From contig CAWGRQ010000002.1 in assembly GCA_963824985.1 (NCBI GenBank), positions 582-64,581 of the forward strand: a DNA stretch of 64,000 nt, in the 5' to 3' direction. A program made the position numbers and the translations under genes. This stretch comes from Terriglobia bacterium (GTDB taxonomy: Bacteria; Acidobacteriota; UBA6911). The notes under the pieces are model-generated. The model did not search any database. It had not been told where the DNA came from and saw nothing but the letters and a program-made list of their open reading frames with translations. This document shows positions 9,077 through 18,492 of this stretch, in pieces (position 1 is the first letter of the stretch; every line of letters starts with the position of its first letter).

Positions 9077-9360
9077 GTAATTGTTTAGCCAAATCAAATG
9101 GATGAAGAAGCAAAACGCAAAGACGCAAGGCTGCAAAGATCGACACTGAGCAACAGGCGTGGGCGCAGCGCTTCGCGCTGGCGCATCCTTGGGCGAGCCG
9201 CGCGAGAAAGCGCGGGCAGGGGCTACCATGAAGATTGCGCTTTCTCGCGCGGCTCGCCCAAGGATGCGGCCGAAGGCCGCCCACGCCCGCGAACCGAAAG
9301 GAATCTCTTTGCATCCTTGCGTCTTTGCGTTCTGCTGTTCAGTATCGGCTAAACAGCTGC
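9077..9360. mobile_element. MITE family A, copy 2 (full length, opposite orientation, no target duplication)
   Basis: GTAATTGTTTAGCC...GGCTAAACAGCTGC with a perfect 32-bp internal stem at 9182-9268. Flanks GGTAAATT and ATACGTTC do not match. Confidence 0.9.
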
Positions 9361-9632
9361 ATACGTTCAAATGTGCCGACACAGATGCTATCTCGAAAGG
9401 CGAGCGGGTCAAACGGTTTGCTGGCATCGCTGCCGCAGCGCGCCGAAAGCTTCGGCAGCTCGAGATCGCGGGGCGACTGGAAGACCTCCGTGTCGCTCCA
9501 GGCAAACGATTGGAGGCCCTGAGAGGTAAGCGGTCCGGCCAGTACAGCATACGCATTAATGATCAATTCCGCGTGTGCTTCCAGTGGTCGGATCGGGGCG
9601 CTGAGGATGTTGAGATTGTGGATTACCATTGA
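9361..9632 (+). pseudogene. higB: HigB (RelE-family) toxin lacking its start codon
   Basis: TFKCADT...ARRKLRQL...DLRVAPGKRLEALRGKRSGQYSIRINDQFRVCFQW...VEIVDYH. The first codons are replaced by the MITE end. Confidence 0.85.
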
Positions 9633-9644
9633 GGGAGAATCGCA

Positions 9645-9968
9645 ATGCCAAAACTTAAACCCGTGACACCCGGTGAGCTCTTGCTGGAAGAATTTCTCAA
9701 GCCGATGGGGATCAGTCAATATCGGTTGGCTAAGGAAATCGGCGTCCCTGCGCAGCGCATCGGCGAAATCGTGAAGGGCAAACGCGCAATTACTGCGGAC
9801 ACTGACTTGCGGCGTTGCCGATTTTTTGGTCTCTCCAACGGCTACTGGCTGCGCGCGCAGGCAGCGCACGATACGGAAGTGACAGAACGGGTCCTGGGCC
9901 CTAAGCTAGGCAAAATCAGACCCTGGGACGGCATCAGCCGCCATGACCATGTACTTTCCCGCGCTTAA
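9645..9968 (+). CDS. higA: HigA HTH antitoxin
   Basis: PVTPGELLLEEFLKPMGISQYRLAKEIGVPAQRIGEIVKGKRAITADT, with a GGGAG RBS, directly after higB. Confidence 0.92.
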   Translation: MPKLKPVTPGELLLEEFLKPMGISQYRLAKEIGVPAQRIGEIVKGKRAITADTDLRRCRFFGLSNGYWLRAQAAHDTEVTERVLGPKLGKIRPWDGISRHDHVLSRA

Positions 9969-10204
9969 CGGCTTTCCCCACGCGGGACCCGGCGCCGGAC
10001 AGACAATCCTCGTCTTGAGGCATCTCATTAGCCGGAAGCTCATGGGGCAGCAGTCCTGTCGGGTTTCGCCTGCTGAAGCCTCTAAAGTGGCGTTACCCGA
10101 CATTTGCCGAGGACAAGCTCGCGGAGTGGCATTGCCGATTTCGAGAACTTGACGTGCCAACTTTGACGAGACGGGTGCTTCGGTCCGCTATGCAGCATTG
10201 AGAG

Positions 10205-10393
10205 GTTTAATCCGCCCTACACTTTTCTTGAAGATTACTTGAAGATTATTGTGGACACCCACTAATCAGGATAAGGGCAAAGCAATCCAATTATTATCAT
10301 TTTCCACATTTTCCCAAGTTTGCCAATTTTAATTAATAGTGGGTGCCCACGATTTTTCCACGATTTTCGCGATGGACGGTGGGTGTCCATGAT
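10205..10393. repeat. Cluster of REP-like short inverted repeats
   Basis: ATTGTGGACACCCACTA (10248-10264) is inverted against TAGTGGGTGCCCACGAT (10337-10353) and GGTGGGTGTCCATGAT (10378-10393). A half REP TCCGCCCTAC sits at 10211. Confidence 0.55.
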
Positions 10394-10520
10394 TGTCTTC
10401 GCCCGTTCCACACTGACGCGCAGTCCGGAATTGGCGTTTTTCAATGGCGGAAAATTCAGCATCTCCAAGGCCAGCCGATACGGATATCCTACTAAGGGTA
10501 GGATGGTATGGAGCCCCTGC

Positions 10521-10753
10521 GTGAAGAACAAGATATCCGTAACGACAGGGCAATCGCTACTGAGGCGCTCGCGACTCATTGCCGAGGAGATTCGCGGTCC
10601 GAAAAAATGGAGGCCGTGGTGCGCAAAATCAAGAAGGTCGCGGAGGAGAAAGATCTGCGAGTTCAACTGGGCGGCTATCATGAAGATGAAGCGGAGCGGG
10701 TGGAGAGAGAACTATGGGAGAGCACAATCGCCGAGGCGATGTGGAGCGAATAA
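10521..10753 (+). pseudogene. Probable ribbon-helix-helix antitoxin, frameshifted
   Basis: GTG-KNKISVTTGQSLL is RHH-like and shifts into SRSEKMEAVVR...ELWESTIAEAMWSE. It overlaps the start of a MazF-like gene. Confidence 0.5.
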
Positions 10754-11067
10754 TTCGATCGGACATTTGGACCGTGGAACCGGCTTGGCTTTCCAAAGCC
10801 CCGACCCGCCGTCGTGGTCAGCATTGATCCCATCAACGATCTGTGCCCGGATGTCCTTCTGGTGCCTCTGACCTCGAAGGCCGGCCCTCTGAGGGTTGCG
10901 ATTTCCGATCCCGTGCTTGCCACAGGCTTGAAATCGGTGAGCTACGCGAAATGGTCTGTCGGCCCCGTTCACAAGGGCCGGCTTCAAAGCGAAGATCGGC
11001 CGCATATCGAGAGCCAACCTGAAAGAGATTGAAAGAAGGCCTCAAACGTGTCCTCGGTCTTTCCTGA
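10741..11067 (+). pseudogene. PemK/MazF-family toxin, multiply frameshifted
   Basis: Pieces in different frames: RSDIWTVEP / KPRPAVVVSIDPINDLCPDVLLVPLTSK..TGLKSVSYAK / KIGRI / EGLKRVLGL. Confidence 0.75.
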
Positions 11068-11216
11068 ATCTGAGGGTGCATCTCAGTTTTCTCAGACTGT
11101 CCGTGTCGTGGATAATGAGTAAATACAAGGTGACGTCCCGATTTTGCTATGGTAGCACCTCACCTCTTGATCGTGGGGGAAGGAACCGGCATGGCGCCGG
11201 CATCGAAGGCCGCTAA

Positions 11217-11481
11217 GGGCCTGTCAATAAATATAGGTTACACTTTGTCGCGAGCGCCGGGCGGGCAAATGCCAGGCGCCGCGACGCAGGCGATGTGCTC
11301 GTCGAGGAGCGGCAACGCCGCAGATGCCCGCCCGCCGCCCGACCCTTCGGGCTGCGGCCCGCAGGCCCGCCTGCTGCGTTGCTCGCTCCTTACATACCAC
11401 ACCGGGTATGCTCGTCGTTCGCGCCTTGCCGGCCGGCCTGGGGGCCCCAGCAAAGTGCAACCTTTATTTATTGACAGGCCC
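11217..11481. mobile_element. MITE family B, 265 bp, 31-bp terminal inverted repeats, TAA target duplication
   Basis: GGGCCTGTCAATAAATATAGGTTACACTTTG matches the reverse complement of 11451-11481 at 29/31 positions. TAA occurs at 11214-11216 and 11482-11484. Confidence 0.9.
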
Positions 11482-11688
11482 TAACGTGCGCTTCAGCTCC
11501 AGAATATCCCGTTTCCACGCAAGCATCTCAGGACCGGTGGGAGAAAGAAAGCCCATATCGATCTTTTTTTGATACCCCTCGGACATTTGTTCCAACAGCA
11601 CGATCTCTTCCTGAAGCAGCGCCCTATACCTGAGGCGAGCATCGGCGGTCTTGCGTCGTTCAATTACTGTGGGGCTGATCACATGCAA
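11464..11688 (-). CDS. Small hypothetical protein, C-terminus truncated by MITE B
   Basis: AAGGAGG Shine-Dalgarno before a TTG start. Removing the MITE extends the frame by AAFDAGAMPVPSPTIKR to a stop at 11160-11162. Confidence 0.55.
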   Translation of the reverse strand: MHVISPTVIERRKTADARLRYRALLQEEIVLLEQMSEGYQKKIDMGFLSPTGPEMLAWKRDILELKRTLGPVNK

Positions 11689-11765
11689 GCGTTTCCTCCT
11701 TAAGTCCTCATATTGAGAACTTTCTAGTCAATCCTGAAATTACTTCCAGTCAAATGTTTCGCGAG

Positions 11766-11858
11766 CACGCCTGTTGCTCAGTGTCGATCTTTGCGCCCCT
11801 GCGTCCTTGCGCCTTTGCGTTTTGCTTCTTCATCCATTTGATTTGGCTAAACAATTAC
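11766..11858. mobile_element. MITE family A, copy 3 (partial, one end only)
   Basis: CACGCCTGTTGCTCAGTGTCGATC...TTGGCTAAACAATTAC is near-identical to the corresponding end of copies 1 and 4. Confidence 0.85.
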
Positions 11859-12079
11859 TGAGCATTTGACAATCCACGCCGGAAAATGATGGCCGGCGCG
11901 AAGCGCCGGGCCCCGCAAAAGCCCTGCACGCGGTTCCAATCCGCGTTCATCCGCGTCCGGCAATGTCTTGCTTGGTGAATAATCCGGGTTAGATTCCCTC
12001 ATTTTTCTCCCGAAAGTATCCCTGGATTGATTAATATGGGTGCCGCCGTCGACCTGACGGCGCGCCGCAAGGAGGAATC

Positions 12080-13771
12080 GTGAATCCTGCCATCGTACTC
12101 GCAGCTGCAATTGCCGTCGGACATTTCGCGGCACTCTTTCTGCCCCAGGAAGAGCAAGCCAACAAGGTCAGCATCCGCGTCGATACGGCCCGGGTTGTGG
12201 GAGAAATGAATCCCATCTGGGCCTGGTTCGGGTACGACGAACCCAACTATACGTATATGAAAGACGGCAAAAAGCTGCTCGCGGAGCTCGCGGAGCTGAG
12301 CCCGGTTCCGGTTTATGTCCGCACGCACAACCTGCTCACCACCGGCGACGGCACGGCGGCACTCAAATGGGGATCGACGAACGCCTATACCGAGGATGAA
12401 TCCGGGCGTCCGAAGTATGACTGGACCATCGTTGATCGCATCATCGACACCTGGCTGGAACGTAGAATTAAGCCTCTGATCGAGATCGGCTTCATGCCCG
12501 AGGCACTATCGACCAATCCCAAACCCTACCGCCATTTCTGGAAACCGGGCGACAACTATAACGACATCTACACCGGATGGTCGTATCCGCCCGATGATTA
12601 CGGCAAATGGGGGGAACTCGTATATCAGTGGGTGCGTCATGCCGTGGAAAAGTACGGCAGAAGGGAAGTCGAGAGCTGGTACTGGGAGGTGTGGAACGAG
12701 CCGGACATCGGCTACTGGCACGGCACCCCCGAGGAATATATCAAGCTGTATGACTATGCGGCCGACGGCTTGAAGCGGGCGTTGCCGACGGCGAGAATCG
12801 GCGGCCCTCATGTTACGGGCCCGAACGGCGCCCGGACGCAGAAGATACTGCGGGATTTTCTCGAGCACTGCCTGCGGGGCACCAACTACGCGACTGGGAA
12901 AACCGGGTCCCCGCTTGACTACATCGGGTTCCACGCCAAGGGTGCGCCACGAGTGATGGCAGGTCATGTGCGCATGGGGGTCAGCAACCAGCTGCAGGCG
13001 ATTTCGAACGGCTTCGGAATCGTCGCTTCCTTCCCGGAACTGCGCCAGACGCCGATCGTCATCGGCGAATCGGACCCGGAAGGCTGTGCGGCCTGCTCCG
13101 CCCGGCTCACGCCGTCGAACACCTACCGCAATGGCACGGTATTCTCGAGCTATACCGCCGAACAAATTGCCCGCACCTATCAATTAGCCGACCTTCATAA
13201 GGTCAACCTGCTCGGTTCGGTCACCTGGGCCTTCGAATTCGAGGATCAGCCCTACTTCGACGGTTTCCGCTCGCTGGCGACGAACGGCATCGATAAACCT
13301 GTGCTCAACACCTTCCGCATGCTCGGACAGATGTCCGGGAAACGGGTTTTCACCGAAAGCACCGCCGGGCTTCCACTCGAGACGGTGCGGGACCTGGGAG
13401 TGCGCGATACGGCCGACATCACGGCGCTCGCCAGCCGGCACGATCGTGCCGTGGCGGTCCTGGTCTGGAATTACCACGATGATGACCTGCCCGGGCCGGC
13501 CGCGGACGTGGAACTGATCATAGAGGGGCTTTCGGCCGCCCGGCCCACGCTCACTCACTTTCGTGTCGATCGTGATCACAGCAATGCCTATGAGGTGTGG
13601 AAAGGAATGGGCTCTCCCCAGCAACCGACTCCGCAGCAGTATGCGGCACTCGAGAAGGCCGGACGGCTCCAGATGCTGTCGGAGGGGCGGGCGAGTGTGA
13701 CCGGCGGGCGGGTTATGGTGAAATTCCTATTGCCTCGCCAGGGCGTTTCCCTGATCAAGCTGACCTGGTAG
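12080..13771 (+). CDS. GH39 family glycoside hydrolase (beta-xylosidase-like)
   Basis: Signal-like N-terminus, FGYDEPNYTY, YVRTHNLL, catalytic WEVWNEPD and IVIGESDPEGC, with an AAGGAGG RBS. Confidence 0.9.
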   Translation: MNPAIVLAAAIAVGHFAALFLPQEEQANKVSIRVDTARVVGEMNPIWAWFGYDEPNYTYMKDGKKLLAELAELSPVPVYVRTHNLLTTGDGTAALKWGSTNAYTEDESGRPKYDWTIVDRIIDTWLERRIKPLIEIGFMPEALSTNPKPYRHFWKPGDNYNDIYTGWSYPPDDYGKWGELVYQWVRHAVEKYGRREVESWYWEVWNEPDIGYWHGTPEEYIKLYDYAADGLKRALPTARIGGPHVTGPNGARTQKILRDFLEHCLRGTNYATGKTGSPLDYIGFHAKGAPRVMAGHVRMGVSNQLQAISNGFGIVASFPELRQTPIVIGESDPEGCAACSARLTPSNTYRNGTVFSSYTAEQIARTYQLADLHKVNLLGSVTWAFEFEDQPYFDGFRSLATNGIDKPVLNTFRMLGQMSGKRVFTESTAGLPLETVRDLGVRDTADITALASRHDRAVAVLVWNYHDDDLPGPAADVELIIEGLSAARPTLTHFRVDRDHSNAYEVWKGMGSPQQPTPQQYAALEKAGRLQMLSEGRASVTGGRVMVKFLLPRQGVSLIKLTW

Positions 13772-13921
13772 CGGAATGCAGCGCCGCGAGTTTCGCAGAC
13801 GACGGCGAGGGGGTGATGACTGGAGACGGCATGCCGTCTATAATGGTCGCGCCGGGACAGGCCTGCGATGTTGGCATCGCCGCCCTCCGGGCTCGACAAT
13901 TGAAACCTGAAGGAGTGATCC

Positions 13922-16243
13922 ATGAAGGTTTGGCTGATACGTGGGTTTGCAATCATGATGGTTCTTTCTCTTGCCGCCGGGAGCCGCGCCGCCGAAATCA
14001 GGAGCGCCGGGCAGCCGGCCCGTCTCGACATCCGCGCCGGGGGCGATCACAGCGTGCGCATCACGCTTAAGCCGATCAGTTTCCAGCCGGAATTCCCTTT
14101 TTCACCGTCGATTGTCGAACGCCGCTGGCCGGCGCCGGCCATCAGTCTGCGCGACATCAGCGCCCCGGTGACCCGGAGAGTCGGAGGACTGCAGGTGACG
14201 GTGCGCCCGGATCCCCTGACGGTGGTGATTGCCACGGCGGGCGGGGATCCGATTACCGACCTGACCTTCGATCCCGAGTCGGGCCAGGTCTCGTTCAAAG
14301 AAGGCGACCGGCCGATCCTTGGCATGGGCGAAGGGGGACCGCGCATGGATCCCAAGACCTGGCGCCAGGATCCTCTGGAGTTTGACCGGCGCGGACGTCT
14401 TCATGAAATGGTGCCGCGCTGGCAGGCGCAGGCTTACGGTTCACGCAACCCCGTTGCCATGCTGATCAGTACCGCGGGTTGGGGCCTGTTTGTCGCGACT
14501 CCCTGGGTGCAGGTTGACCTGAAGAGCGAAGATCGCGGCGTGTTCATTCCCTGGAAGCCGCCCGTTCCCGATCCCGCCAACCAGCGCACCTACACCGCGC
14601 AGGTCCAGGGACGCCCCCCGGTGGACGGCATCGTGCCCGGCGTGTTTGACGTATTCGTATTCGACACGCATGACCCGGCCGCATTCATGAAGGAAGTCAG
14701 TCTGCTTACGGGACCGGCGGTCATGCCGCCCAAATGGTCGCTGGGGTACATGCAGTCGCACCGCACGCTCGAAGACGAGACCCAGATGATCCGGATCGTC
14801 GATACCTTCCGTGAGAAGAAAATCCCTGTGGACTCGGTCGTCTATCTCGGCACCGGGTTCTGCCCGAGAGGCTGGAATACCGAGCAGCCGTCGTTCACCT
14901 TCAACCCGGAAGTCTTCAAGCGCGATCCGCGGGAGACGATTGCTGACCTGCACAAGCGCAACGTCAACGTCATCGTCCACATCGTGCCCTGGGCGCGGGA
15001 CAAGGGGCTGCCGACGATCCAGGGGACCATCCCGCCGGCGCCGGGGGAACCGATGGACGAGACCCATATCCTGAATTACTGGCAGCAGCATGTGCCTCTC
15101 ATTGAAGCCGGCATCGATGCCTTCTGGCCCGATGAGGGGGACTGGTTCAGCCTTTTCGAACGGATCAAGCGACATCAACTCTACTACCAGGGGCCGCTAT
15201 CGACGCGCCCCAACGTCCGCCCCTGGAGCCTTCACCGCAACGGCTTCCTGGGAGTCGCTCGTTGGGGCGGGTGGGTCTGGTCGGGGGATACCGATTCCTC
15301 CTGGCGCACCCTCGAAGGCCAGATTCTGGTCGGACAGAACCACTCGCTCAGCCTCTCTCCGTACTGGGGCTCGGATACCGGCGGGTTCTATCCCAATGCC
15401 GAGCTGACCGGAGAGCTCTATGCGCGCTGGTTTCAGTTCTCGGCGTTCTGCCCGTCATTCCGCTCCCATGGGCGCACCTGGTGGACGCGCCTGCCGTGGG
15501 GATGGGGGCTGAGCGAAATGGGCCCGAACGAAAACGGCCGCAACAATCCCCTGCCGACGGAACTGAACAATCCCGCCATCGAACCGGTCACCCGCAAATA
15601 TGCCGAGCTGCGTTACCAGCTCATGCCCTACACCTACACGCTGGCGTGGGAGGCCAGCAACACCGGCATGCCGCTGATGCGCGCCATGTGGCTGCACTAC
15701 CCCGACGATCCGCGCGCCGTTGAAAACGGCCGCCAATACCTGTGGGGCCGCGACCTGCTGATCGCTCCCGTGTACGAGAAGGGGGCCACGGCGCGTGAAG
15801 TCTACCTGCCGCGCGGCGACTGGTATGACTGGTGGACGAATCAAAAGGAGACCGGCGGCCGCCAGGTCAAGCGCACGGTCGACCTCGCGACCATGCCGAT
15901 CTACGTGCGCGCCGGGGCGATCATTCCGTTCGATCCCGTGCGCCAATACACCAGCCAACCGGTCAGCGAGCCGACCACCCTCAGGATATACGGCGGCGCC
16001 AACGGCAGCTTTACGCAATATGAAGATGACGGCGCCAGCCTTGATTACCTTCAGGGTAAGGCTACGTGGACGCGCATGACGTGGGATGACGCTGCGAAGC
16101 GGCTCACGATCGAGCCGGGCACCCCCGCCGGCGTGAAAAGCAGCGGGACTGCGGCTCCGCGCACCTACAAGGTACGGCTTTTGCCCGCGGGTGCCACCAA
16201 GGATGTCACTTACACCGGCCGCCGGGTGGCTGTGACTTTTTAA
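13922..16243 (+). CDS. GH31 family glycoside hydrolase (alpha-xylosidase/glucosidase-like), secreted
   Basis: MPPKWSLGYMQS, FWPDEGD, WSGD, WGSDTGGF, ELYARWFQF and MPLMRAMWLHYPDD, plus a signal peptide. Confidence 0.9.
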   Translation: MKVWLIRGFAIMMVLSLAAGSRAAEIRSAGQPARLDIRAGGDHSVRITLKPISFQPEFPFSPSIVERRWPAPAISLRDISAPVTRRVGGLQVTVRPDPLTVVIATAGGDPITDLTFDPESGQVSFKEGDRPILGMGEGGPRMDPKTWRQDPLEFDRRGRLHEMVPRWQAQAYGSRNPVAMLISTAGWGLFVATPWVQVDLKSEDRGVFIPWKPPVPDPANQRTYTAQVQGRPPVDGIVPGVFDVFVFDTHDPAAFMKEVSLLTGPAVMPPKWSLGYMQSHRTLEDETQMIRIVDTFREKKIPVDSVVYLGTGFCPRGWNTEQPSFTFNPEVFKRDPRETIADLHKRNVNVIVHIVPWARDKGLPTIQGTIPPAPGEPMDETHILNYWQQHVPLIEAGIDAFWPDEGDWFSLFERIKRHQLYYQGPLSTRPNVRPWSLHRNGFLGVARWGGWVWSGDTDSSWRTLEGQILVGQNHSLSLSPYWGSDTGGFYPNAELTGELYARWFQFSAFCPSFRSHGRTWWTRLPWGWGLSEMGPNENGRNNPLPTELNNPAIEPVTRKYAELRYQLMPYTYTLAWEASNTGMPLMRAMWLHYPDDPRAVENGRQYLWGRDLLIAPVYEKGATAREVYLPRGDWYDWWTNQKETGGRQVKRTVDLATMPIYVRAGAIIPFDPVRQYTSQPVSEPTTLRIYGGANGSFTQYEDDGASLDYLQGKATWTRMTWDDAAKRLTIEPGTPAGVKSSGTAAPRTYKVRLLPAGATKDVTYTGRRVAVTF

Positions 16244-16353
16244 AGGAACCGGCGCCTGGTTATGCTATCAAACCTGACGAGGCCGCAGGCGTTCTTGACA
16301 ATGACCTCGTATCAGCGGGCATCCAATTAGTTTCCGGACCTTGTTTTCGAGGC

Positions 16354-18461
16354 TCACTTCGCCGGCGTGATCTTGAGCAGGATCCCGCCGTGGCGCGGAA
16401 TCTCAGCGGTGTACACGTCGCTGATTGTGCCGAGGGCCTTCTGGCGCCACACGTCGCGCACGACCTGCCTGCCGGTCAGGCCGAGATCGGACCACCGGGC
16501 CGTCACCCGGGCCGGCATCTCCTCGAGATTGAAAAGTCCCACGGCCTTTGAACCGTCTGCCAGCGGGCGTGCCCAGACCTGCAGGTTGCCGTCCGCCGAT
16601 TTGTAGACGACCTTGGCGCCCCTGCCCATCGGGTCCTGGTTGATTGCCAGCACCTCGTCGTTGGTCAGCAGCCCGACAGTAAAGTCATCCGCCTGTGCCA
16701 GGTCGCATCCCAGAATGAGCGGAGCGGCGTGCAGCGTCCAGAGCGAGATGTGGCTCAGCTGTTCCGAGGGAGAGAGCTTCGACTCGTGTTGCGGCTCGTA
16801 GCTCCAACCGACGACGCCGACGACGAGCATGTCAACGTCATTCCAGTGGCCGGGGCCGCCATACTGGCCGATGTCGATTTCCGACCAGCGCGGATTGAAG
16901 CCGATCTGCATGGTTTGCGGCCAGTTGTCGCGAATGTCGCGCGTAGTGCGCCATGAATTGCCGCCGATGTCGGGTTCCGCTCCCCATTCCCAGACATTGC
17001 CGTTGCCGTATTGGCAGATGCTGTACACGATGTCCCGGGGCGCCTGGTCGAGGATGGCGCGCATCATCCGGTACGGTTTCTTCATGCCATCCAGGCCGGG
17101 CGCGTCGGCCCGATAGCTGCACCAGTCGTACTTCAGGTAATCGACACCCCAGGAACACCATTGCCGCACGTCCTTCTCCTCGTGCTGGAAGCTCCCCTCC
17201 AGGCCCTGGCAGGTGGTCGGACCGGGGCTGCTGTAAATGCCGAACTTGAGCCCCTTGGCGTGGATGTAGTCGCCGAGTGCCTTCATGTCGGGAAATTTCT
17301 TATTGGTGATGAAATTGCCGTTTTCATCGCGCGTCGGGCCTTCGAACAGTTCGTCGGTCTGGCGCGGGCTGCGTTCCCAGCCGTCGTCGATGCAGATGTA
17401 CGTCCATCCGTGGTCGGCGAGGCCCTTGTCCACGAAGGCGTCAGCTGTGCGGCGCACCAGCTCCTCGGTGACATTGCGCCCGCGCGCGTTCCAGCTGTTC
17501 CAGCCCAGCGCCGGCGTGAGGGACAGTTTGCCTTCAGCCACGAACCGGAATGCTTTCCTCGCTTCGCCCGCCGAATTCCGGGCACGGAATGTAACGGTGT
17601 AGGTCCCCTTGTCCTTGATGATGCCGGTGACGATGCCGGTCGCAGGATCGACCTTCAGCCCCTGGGGAAGCCTGTCGACCGAATAGGTGAGTGGGTTTCG
17701 TACCGGTTGCCGGGATCCTGTACAGCACGGGCCGGCCCGGGGTCACGCCCGTCAGCTCGGGACCGTTGATCCTGGGTCTGGGACCGGGTTTCGGCGTCAG
17801 GACCTCCCGGGTTTCTCCAGAGACCCCGACGGCTCTCGGGCTTGGCGCCCGACACCTCGAATTTCCCCTCAATCAGGTCGAAGTGCGCCGGGCCCGCACC
17901 CGCCCCTCCCCCGCGACCGGTGACCACGCTGTTGACGACAATCGCCATGAGCTGGACGCCCCGGGTGTCGACTTCGATCGGCACGCCGGCGCTGCCGGGC
18001 GGGATGGCATTGTTTTCATAGAGCACTTTGTTTTCGTCGGCCAGAATCCGCACGCTCATGGATGGGGGCGATGGGCTCCCCCGTCCCCCGGCGCCCTGGC
18101 CCGCGCGCCCGGGAGGGTTGGCGGCACCGGTCGTGGGGGCCGGGCTTACCAGGCTCTCATCATCGACCCCGGCGACCGCCGAAAACCTGTCGCTGCCGCC
18201 ATTGAGTCGAACATAGAGCACGGTGTACCCGTTGACGCAGATACCGCGATCGTAGGTCTGCTTGTTGATGGCAAGGGTTTTCCCGTCAATCGTCCTGTCG
18301 ATGGAAGGCCGGATGGAATCCGTCACCTTCGCCTTGGACAGATCAAGCGACGAGAGCCAGATCGTTTCGGCGTGCGGCGCACCCGTGACCATTCCAATCC
18401 AGGCAATGAACGCCCCGCAGACGGCGAGGCCATAGATTTGATAATGCCGTTTGATAGCCAT
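16354..18461 (-). CDS. GH27 alpha-galactosidase with N-terminal NPCBM/NEW2-like and Ig-like modules, two apparent frameshifts (~17840, ~17690)
   Basis: TPALGWNSWN, YICIDDGW, GLKFGIYSSPG, GVDYLKYDWC and WNDVDML. Upstream frames give WLSSLDLS..FSAVAGVDD and LTPKPGPRPRINGP. Confidence 0.85.
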
Positions 18462-18492
18462 ATCTCCCCTTTGCAGTCTGCAGAGGTTGAAA

